Assembly (NCBI GenBank): GCA_964422865.1
Contig: CAYRCU010000002.1
Location: 8,323 to 72,322 of the forward strand
Source of the DNA: an uncultured Gammaproteobacteria bacterium
GTDB taxonomy: Bacteria > Patescibacteriota > Microgenomatia > UBA8517
Length of the DNA stretch: 64,000 bases
Direction: 5' to 3'
Of the stretch, positions 56,506-64,000 are shown piece after piece; the first letter of the stretch is position 1; each line of letters opens with the position of its first letter. The notes under the pieces are model-generated. The model worked only from the letters and a program-made list of their open reading frames with translations, had not been told where the DNA came from and did no database searches. The translations under genes and the position numbers were made by a program.

Positions 56506-57215
56506 CTCGCGAGGCTCGTTGCCCGTTTGACTCGAGGAGCGCGGAGAACAAAGGACCTTTCGGTACTATGCACGGCGAGTCCGGCACGGTCCACAAAGCA
56601 ATTTGCTTTTGACTTTTGAATATCATAATTGATTGATGGTTTTTAAAAGTCAGTAGCAAAAAAGTGAGATTGTTCTTTAACATCTGAAGAGAATTTAGGT
56701 CGAAAGTCTTTACAACGCAGACAGTGGATGCCTTGGTCTAAGTTACCGAAGAAGGACGTACAAGGCCACGATAGTCGTCGGGGAGCTGCCAAGAAGCTTT
56801 GATCCGGCGGTGTCCGAATGGGGAAACCCACCCCGCTTTGGCGGGGTACTTGCAGCCCAAATTTTTTGATTTATCAGAAATATTAAGTTGCAAGGGGGAA
56901 CCAGGGGAACTGAAACATCTAAGTACCCTGAGGAAAAGAAATTAAATAAACGCCTTTGGCGTAAGATTGCCTGAGTAGCGGCGAGCGAAACGGCAAGAGC
57001 CCAAACTTTGACCTTTGCCTTCGGGTGAAGGACAGAGGGTTGTAGGATCCTAATATGGGACTTTTAACGGTAGTAGAACAGCATGGAAATGTTGGCCATA
57101 GAAGGTGATAGCCCTGTATACGAAACTGAAAAAAGCCCTAAGGAATTCCTGAGTACCACGGTCAAAATCTGTGGGAATCTGGGGGAACCATCCTCCAAGG
57201 CTAAATATAACTTAG

Positions 57216-57261
<46 letters not shown>

Positions 57262-58740
57262 GGGAGGGGAGTGAAATAGTAACTGAAACTGTTTGCGGAC
57301 AAACCGAGAGAGCCTGTGCTTGCATGGGTGATCTCGTGCCTATTGAAGAATGAACCGGCGAGTTGTCGTATGCTGCCAGCTTAAGTCAGTTAAATGACCG
57401 AGGCGTAGCGAAAGCGAGTTTGAAAGAGCGAAGAAAGCCTTGTGCTTTCATAAGTAGCATGCGGCAGACCCGAAACCAGGTGATCTAACCATGAGCAGGG
57501 TGAGTCCTATCGAAAGATGGGAGGAGGCCCGAACCGGTGTAAGTTACAATTTGCTCGGATGACTTGTGGTTAGCGGTAATATGCCAAACGAACCTGGAGA
57601 TAGCTGGTTCTCCCCGAAAGGTCTATAGGGACCGCGGCACGGAAAGGAACACTGATGGTAGAGCTACTGGATGGGGCAGCGAGAGGTAACTCAAGTTGTC
57701 TCAACCAAACTCCGAATAGCAGTGTGGGACGTGCTAGACAGCCGCATGGGGCTAAGCTCATGCGACGAAAGGGAAACAACCCAGACTCTCAGATAAGGCC
57801 TCTAAATCTTGACTAAGTTTTAAAGGAAGTTTTTTTCCACAGACAGCTAGGAGGTTGGCTTAGAAGCAGCCATCCTTTAAAGAAAGCGTAACAGCTCACT
57901 AGTCGACTTGCCTGCGCAAGCAGGTGGGAAGAAAGCGCCGAAGATTTATCGAGGATTAAGTCAAGTGCCGAAGCTGGAGCCCCGCCTTTGGCGGGGGGTA
58001 GGGGAGCGTTCCAAGGGCAGTGAAGTTCAACTGTAAAGTTGGATGGAGCGCTTGGAAGTGAGAATGCCGGTATGAGTAGCGTACAAGAGAAGTGAGAATC
58101 TTCTCCGCCGAATGCCCAAGGTTTCCGTCGGAAGGTTCGTCCGCGACGGGTTAGTCGGCTCCTAAGGCGAGGCCATATGGCGTAGTCGATGGATAGCTGG
58201 TTAAAATTCCAGCACTTTGGTAAATTCGCTTTTAACTGAGGACTGACGGAGTGAAAGAGCTTGTGGCAATTATTGAATTTTGTTGCAGAAGCCTCACCCA
58301 TCTGGTGGGAAAATCCGCCAGAGACGCAAATTATTGCGAATGGTTGAGGTGGTGCTAGTCCTGCGAGAGCAGGGCGACATGAGCTAATAGCTTCCCAGAA
58401 AAGGTTCGCAGTGAGAATTTATCAAAGCCGTACCGCAAACCGACACAGGTGGGCTGGTAGAGAATACTAAGGCGAGCGAGAGAAGGAGGGTTAAGGAACT
58501 CGGCAAATTAGCTGGACGTAAGTTCGCAAGATGTCCTGCCTCCAAATAGTAATATTGGAGGTCGCAGCTAACGATTGCTGGTCGACTGTTTATCAAAAAC
58601 ACAGGTCCGTGCAAACTCGAAAGAGGAAGTATACGGGCTGACGCTTGCCCAGTGCCGGTAAGTTAAGGGGATGGGTGATTTGCCTTCGGGCACTTTGCTT
58701 TGAACCGAAGCTCCGGTAAACGGCAGCAGTAACTATGAAC

Positions 58741-59065
58741 AAGTTGTAGTTGAGAGTGGCCTCCGCTTGAGGCGGAGTATTCGTCACTCCGTTGATTGAT
58801 AACAACGAAAAATTTGGCTATATGCTGGAACATCCCGCAAGGTCATTGGTAGGCCACCAGTTTGGCAACAAACTGGTTAACTCCTGAAAATCCAATGAAT
58901 AGGGACAATCAGCAGGAAAGACCCCGCTTAGCGGGGAATCCTCAGAGACTATACGCCAAACCTCGCAATAGTGAGGATGATATAGTCCGATCCTTATGGA
59001 GACATAGGGAGTCCTGCGGAAACGACGGGACCACCCCGCCAATGCGGGGGAGTAACAAAAAAGAA
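58741..59065 (+). mobile_element. ORF-less intron in the 23S gene (E. coli-equivalent site about 1917, inferred by flank alignment)
   Basis: Exon sequence AACTATGAAC | about 325 nt insert | TCTACGGTAGCGAAGTTCC interrupts the conserved AACTATAACGGTCCTAAGGTAGCGAAATTCC region. Confidence 0.5.
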
Positions 59066-59742
59066 CTGTTCTACGGTAGCGAAGTTCCTTGTCACTTAAT
59101 TGGTGACCCGCACGAAAAGCGTAACGAGCTAGCAACTGTCTTGACCCTTCACTCGGCGAAATTGCGTTGGCTGTGAAGACGCGGCCTACTTCCACCAGGA
59201 CAAAAAGACCCCGTGAAGCTTTACTGTAGTCTGGCATTGATTTGTGCAATGCAATTGTTTAGTGTAGGAGGGACCTCGCCTTTGGCGAGGGCCAATGAAA
59301 CACCTCCCTTTGAATTGTGTCAAATCTTACTTAAGGGCCTTTCAAACAGGTCTGAGGAAAGTGTCAGATGGGCAGTTTATCTGGGGCGGATCCCTGCTAA
59401 AAGGTAACGCAGGGGCACAAAGGTTGGCTTACCACGGATGGAAATCGTGGGGAAAGTGTAAAGGCATAAGCCAGCTTGACTGCGAGAGTGACAACTCGAG
59501 CAGGTGCGAAAGCAGGTCTTAGTGATCCTCCGATGCGCCATGGGTGTGCACGGAGCTTAACGGATAAAAGCTACTCCGGGGATAACAGAGTAGTCGCGCC
59601 CGAGAGTCCATATCGACGGCGCGGTTCGCTACCTCGATGTCGGCTCAGGATATCCTGGGGCTGGAGAAGGTCCCAAGGGTTGGTCTGTTCGCCCATTAAA
59701 ATCCTACGTGAGCTGGGTTCAGAACGTCGCGAGACAGTTGAC

Positions 59743-60592
59743 GCTATAAGACATTTTAGCGTGACATTTGAGCTGTCTCATCCTATCGATGTTCACTGGG
59801 ACATGAGCCCGAAATATATCTTTTTGTCATAATACCGAGATGGATACTCGGAGTAATATAGGAATAAAAAATCTGGCTATATGCTAGGAAGTCTCGTCAA
59901 ACAGTAGAGTACTAGTATAATATTTATGTACTAGTAAAAATCTCTGCTCTGAGATTACTAGCAGGAAAGACTAGTTTTTTATGTGTATGTCTAATTTAAT
60001 TTCTGATGACTACATTGCTGGGTTTGTTGATGGTGAGGGGATGTTTTATATTGGTATTGTCAAATCAACCGGTTCAAGTAGAAACAAGAGCGGTTGGCAG
60101 GTAATTTACTTTTTTAAGGTATCCCAAAACCCAAACGGTAAATTTGTTCTTGATCAAATCAAGAAACGTTTGCAGTGCGGGTATATCAAAGAAAACAGCA
60201 AATCGGATCCCACAGACAAGTCACTTGCATTTGTGGTTCGTGACTTGCCAAGCATCAGAGATAAAGTTGTTACTTTTTTTCAAGATAAGTTGGTTGTTAA
60301 GAGAAAAACTTTACGGAAATTTAGTAAAGTAATCGAATTGGTGGACCAAGGAAAACATCTTGAGAAAGATGGGATGAAACAAATATTAGACATTGCGTAT
60401 TCTATGAATACCAAAAAAAGAAAGGTTTCGAAGGATAAAATTTTGTCATCCTTTTAAAAAACTAGAATCCCCACAGGCCATACGCCAGACCCCGCCAGAG
60501 GCGGGGAAGACATGGTCGGACCCCCATGGCGACATGGGGAGCTAGCGAGAAAAAGAAATCAGCTAGCCCAAGAATTACTTGGTAACAATAAT
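59743..60592 (+). mobile_element. group I-type intron in the 23S gene encoding a LAGLIDADG homing endonuclease
   Basis: Insert after GAGACAGTT; exon resumes at GTCGGACTCTATCC...AGTACGAGAGGACC; shares the motif AAAATYTGGCTATATGCTRGAA with the first intron. Confidence 0.65.
59981..60457 (+). CDS. LAGLIDADG homing endonuclease (single-motif family)
   Basis: LISDDYIAGFVDGEGMFYIGI LAGLIDADG motif; 158 aa; located inside the 23S intron. Confidence 0.8.
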   Translation: MCMSNLISDDYIAGFVDGEGMFYIGIVKSTGSSRNKSGWQVIYFFKVSQNPNGKFVLDQIKKRLQCGYIKENSKSDPTDKSLAFVVRDLPSIRDKVVTFFQDKLVVKRKTLRKFSKVIELVDQGKHLEKDGMKQILDIAYSMNTKKRKVSKDKILSSF

Positions 60593-60724
60593 GTCGGACT
60601 CTATCCGGTGGAAGCGTTTGAGTCTTAAAAGGAGCTAACCTCAGTACGAGAGGACCAGGTTGGGGGAATCCCTAGTGTGCCGGTTGTGACGTCAGTCGCA
60701 ACGCCGGGTAGCTACATTCCTAAG

Positions 60725-60757
<33 letters not shown>

Positions 60758-60928
60758 CACCTTAAGATTAGGACTCTTTGAGACCCCTGGAAGAATACCA
60801 GGTTAATCGGCAGGAAGTGGAAGCTCCGTGAGGGGTTAAGCTTACCTTGCGCGAATCGGTCGAAAAGGCTTTTGACTAATTCTCTTCAGGTTTTAGGGAG
60901 CAATCCCTGTGAAGTTTGAAAATTGAAT

Positions 60929-61048
60929 GGGACTGGTGACTTGAGCGTGGTGGAACTACCTAAATCCATTCCGAACTTAGAAGTAAAACGCCACAGCGTT
61001 GACGATAGTGTACGGGCAACTGTACGCGAAAATAGATCGTTGCCAGGC
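60929..61048 (+). rRNA. rrf: 5S ribosomal RNA
   Basis: CCGAACTTAGAAGTAAAACGCC matches the 5S loop consensus CCGAACTCAGAAGTGAAACGCC; terminal helix pairs GGGACTGG with CCAGGCCC. Confidence 0.75.
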
Positions 61049-61163
61049 CCATTGAGCGTTCAAACTTATTGAGAGTTGTAGCTTGTGATATACTTTGCAA
61101 GTTAAAAGACAGAATGTTTTTTGACGCTTAGAAAAATAATAAAAAGAAAGGTGGATATGAAAA

Positions 61164-62297
61164 TTGGTAAAAAGAAAAGCTTCAGGAAGTAGGAAAAGCT
61201 CAGGCGCTGGTGTGCGGGGTAGTGCTCCGAAGACTATGGAAGAGCTTCTTAAAAAGCACAATTCTGAGATTCGCGGTTTAAAGGCTGGTGAGAAGATAAC
61301 TGCAACGGTGGTTGAGATCACTAAGAGTGGTGTTGTTTTGGATGTTGGAAGAAAGAGTGAAGGGATGGTTACAGGAGAGTGTTTTGATGAAGTAAGGGAT
61401 TATGTAAAAACTTTAAAGAAGGGGGAAAAGGTTTCTGCTTTGGTGCTTGAAGCTGAGGGGAGAGATGGCTTGCCTGTGTTGTCTTTGCGGCATGCAGCGC
61501 AAAATAGTGTTTGGGACAGGCTTTCGGAGGCTAAAAAGAAAGGTAAAACGGTTAGTGTAATGGGAAAGTCTGTTGGTGACAGTGGAGTTGCAGTTGAGTT
61601 TGAGAATGTTTTTGGATTTGTTCCGTTGAGCCAGATAGGAAAGGAAGCTTTGAGGGATCCACAAAAATTGGTTGGAAACAGATTTAATGTGAAGGTGATT
61701 GATTTAAATAGAGGGAATAAAAGGGTGATTTTTTCCGAGAGAGCTGTGAGTGAAGCCAGTGATGTGAAGCTTGAGATGAAGGCTATGAAGAAGATTTCCG
61801 AGGGAGAGGTTTTTGAGGGAGAGGTTACACAAATTACCGGGTTTGGGGCTTTTGTCAGGATTTGGGTGGAAGTTGGAGGAAAGAAGATTCCCATAGAAGG
61901 GTTGGTGCATATTAGTGAGCTTTCTTGGCAGAAGATTGGCAAGGTTGGAGACATGCTTGCCGCTGGGGATAAGGTGAACGTTGTTGTTATTAGTGTGGAT
62001 GATGGGAAGATTGCACTTTCCATTAAGAAAGCTCAGAAGGATCCTTGGGACGAAGTTGAAAAGAAGTACAAGACTGACATGAAGATTGACGGCAAGATTA
62101 TCAGAAAGAGTGGTTTTGGTCTTTTTGTGGAGCTTGAGCCTGGTATTGAGGGGTTGGTGCATATAACAAAGATTCCGCCCGGAAGCAGCTATAATAAAGG
62201 TGATGTTGTGAAAGTTTATGTTGAAGAAGTAAACAAGGAGGGAAGGAAGATTTCTTTGGGACTGGTTCTTACGGCAAAGCCTGTGGGGTATAAATAA
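61164..62297 (+). CDS. rpsA: 30S ribosomal protein S1-like (four S1 domains)
   Basis: Repeated S1 OB-fold signatures (GEKITATVVEI..., GEVFEGEVTQITGFGAFVRI, GKIIRKSGFGLFVEL); TTG start in the track, while the true start may be the Met at 61236. Confidence 0.8.
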   Translation: MVKRKASGSRKSSGAGVRGSAPKTMEELLKKHNSEIRGLKAGEKITATVVEITKSGVVLDVGRKSEGMVTGECFDEVRDYVKTLKKGEKVSALVLEAEGRDGLPVLSLRHAAQNSVWDRLSEAKKKGKTVSVMGKSVGDSGVAVEFENVFGFVPLSQIGKEALRDPQKLVGNRFNVKVIDLNRGNKRVIFSERAVSEASDVKLEMKAMKKISEGEVFEGEVTQITGFGAFVRIWVEVGGKKIPIEGLVHISELSWQKIGKVGDMLAAGDKVNVVVISVDDGKIALSIKKAQKDPWDEVEKKYKTDMKIDGKIIRKSGFGLFVELEPGIEGLVHITKIPPGSSYNKGDVVKVYVEEVNKEGRKISLGLVLTAKPVGYK

Positions 62298-62352
62298 AAG
62301 TGTTTGGTTGTAAATAATTTGCATTTCGTGGTTTTCAATTTACAATGCTTTT

Positions 62353-63648
62353 ATGACCAGGGAGTCTGTTTTTGTGTGTCAGCAGTGTGGTGAGGATTTT
62401 CCAAAGTGGATGGGAAGGTGTAGTAATTGTGGAGAATGGAACAGCCTGGTTGAGACGAAGGTTTTTTCTGAGCGGAAGAGGGGGCGAGTGATACAAAGAA
62501 AAAAAGAAGCCAGGTCGGTGAAACTTGCGGAGGTAATTTCCAGAAAGACAGAGAGAATTTCTACGAAGATTTCGGAGTTAGATAGGGTACTGGGTGGAGG
62601 ATTGGTGTCGGGACAGGTAGTTCTTCTTGCCGGTGTACCTGGGATAGGAAAGTCTACAATTCTTCTTCAAGTGGCCGAGAAATTGGGAAAAGTGCTATAT
62701 GTTACGGGAGAGGAATCGGCTGAGCAAATAAAGCTTCGTGCGAATAGATTAGGTGTTTTGGGAAAAGGAATTGAGATATTAAATGAGACGGATATTGATG
62801 TTGTGGTTTCGCATAAAATGGAGGCAAATTTGATTATAGTTGATTCGATTCAGACGATGAGCACTTCTGATTTAACCGGAGTGGCCGGAAGTGTGGGACA
62901 GGTTAGGGAATGTGCTTCTAGGCTTGTCAGGATGGCAAAGAATTTTGGAGTTCCTGTTGTGATGGTTGGGCATGCTACAAAGAGTGGGGTGGTTGCCGGG
63001 CCTGCAACCTTGACTCATGTAGTTGATACGGTTCTTTGGTTTGAAGGTGAACGTGAGCACAATATGAGGGTGTTGAGGGCTACTAAAAACAGGTTCGGAT
63101 CAACCGATGAAATTGGTGTTTTTTCTATGGAGGAGAAAGGGCTTTTGGAAGTAACCGATGCGAGCAGGCTTTTTTTGGGGGATAGGAGGATTCATGTACC
63201 CGGAAGTGTTGTGGGGGTGACACTTGAGGGAACACGTGCGATGCTGGTTGAGATTCAATCACTTGTCGTAAAAACAAGTTCGCCGTACCCAAAGAGAGTG
63301 AGCCAGGGAATTGATCCCAAGAGACTTGAGATGATATTGGCGGTTTTGGCACGCAGGGTAGGGCTTTCTGTTTATAGCAGGGATGTGTTTGTTAATGTTG
63401 TTGGGGGACTTACATTGCGTGACCCCGGAATAGATTTGGCAGTGGCCTTATCTGTTTCAAGTGCGATGCTTGATAAGGCTTTTCCGAGTTTGGTGGCTGT
63501 TGTTGGGGAAGTGGGTTTGTTGGGGGAGATACGAAGCGTAGTGGGAGAGAAGATTAGAATTGAACAGGCTAAAAGACAGGGGTTTGGTGAGGTGGTTGGA
63601 AGCAGACATAAAAGTCTGCGAAGGATTGTTGAGAAGTATATAAAATAA
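62353..63648 (+). CDS. radA: DNA repair protein RadA/Sms
   Basis: N-terminal zinc finger CQQCGEDFPKWMGRCSNCGEW; Walker A GVPGIGKST; KNRFG motif; C-terminal Lon-like domain. Confidence 0.9.
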   Translation: MTRESVFVCQQCGEDFPKWMGRCSNCGEWNSLVETKVFSERKRGRVIQRKKEARSVKLAEVISRKTERISTKISELDRVLGGGLVSGQVVLLAGVPGIGKSTILLQVAEKLGKVLYVTGEESAEQIKLRANRLGVLGKGIEILNETDIDVVVSHKMEANLIIVDSIQTMSTSDLTGVAGSVGQVRECASRLVRMAKNFGVPVVMVGHATKSGVVAGPATLTHVVDTVLWFEGEREHNMRVLRATKNRFGSTDEIGVFSMEEKGLLEVTDASRLFLGDRRIHVPGSVVGVTLEGTRAMLVEIQSLVVKTSSPYPKRVSQGIDPKRLEMILAVLARRVGLSVYSRDVFVNVVGGLTLRDPGIDLAVALSVSSAMLDKAFPSLVAVVGEVGLLGEIRSVVGEKIRIEQAKRQGFGEVVGSRHKSLRRIVEKYIK

Positions 63649-64000
63649 AGCTCCACTTGTTATCCACAATTTAAGGATGGTTGTTTTGTATTATAAAAAT
63701 GTCCGAAAAATCGCCTCTTTTTACAGTATGTCTACTATGGGACATTGAAATATTTTGGGTAAATATATTATAGGTTTTGACAGTTAATATTTGTGGTGTT
63801 ACTATTTCTTTAAGCAATAAGAAAAGAGCATCACTATCGATGCTTTTTGCCAACTTAGGCTGGCAAATGTTTGTCACGAGTAGCGATGCCCTTTTAATTC
63901 CGGATTTACCCAGAGCAGGCTGAAATATAAACAGCCAGGATAAATCTTATTTAAAGTAAATACGTGTGAAGGTACTTGTCAATAGTGAGTTTTGAAAAGT

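Noticed and set aside
57570-59832. Track ORFs inside the 23S gene (for example 57813-58301, 58818-59249, 59476-59832)
   Set aside because: They lie within 23S exon or intron RNA sequence. Only the LAGLIDADG ORF at 59981-60457 has a recognisable protein signature.

Overview
This 64 kb window looks like a chromosomal segment from a small-genome, Candidate Phyla Radiation (Patescibacteria)-like bacterium. It is gene-dense and mostly on the plus strand, with many 4-11 nt gene overlaps. Several enzymes are of archaeal or eukaryotic type: a short archaeal-type triosephosphate isomerase, a class I fructose-bisphosphate aldolase, an ATP-dependent DNA ligase, and a stand-alone 5'-3' exonuclease. Main content, in order:
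(1) A contiguous glycolysis and pentose-phosphate gene cluster.
(2) A cell-envelope block on the minus strand: pyrB, two tandem class A penicillin-binding proteins, a type IV pilin, and a CPBP protease.
(3) nrdR, then the B12-dependent class II ribonucleotide reductase, then a PduO-type cobalamin adenosyltransferase.
(4) Two paralogous type IV coupling protein-like ATPases (TraD/TrwB/VirD4 family).
(5) A tyrosine integrase flanked by unusual tandem repeats built from tRNA gene fragments.
(6) A replication and repair cluster: trpS, ftsH, 5'-3' exonuclease, a GT4 glycosyltransferase, fpg, recF, a Fic protein, ATP-dependent ligase.
(7) A Ca-type P-type ATPase next to a Ca/Na exchanger.
(8) A thiol-redox cluster: trxA, trxB, a DsbA-like protein.
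(9) Unlinked rRNA genes. The 16S has its own terminator. About 4 kb of protein-coding and tRNA genes follow. The 23S carries two group I-type introns, one encoding a LAGLIDADG homing endonuclease. A 5S gene follows.
(10) rpsA and radA.
The most unusual signal is a family of tandem repeat units at three loci (tRNA-Met/Ile2 CAT, tRNA-Ala, tRNA-Glu). Each unit is a 5' tRNA fragment followed by sequence complementary to that tRNA's own D-arm or acceptor region. A fourth array next to the integrase repeats the 3' end of tRNA-Ile(UAU). No CRISPR array, transposase or rRNA-linked ITS tRNAs were found.
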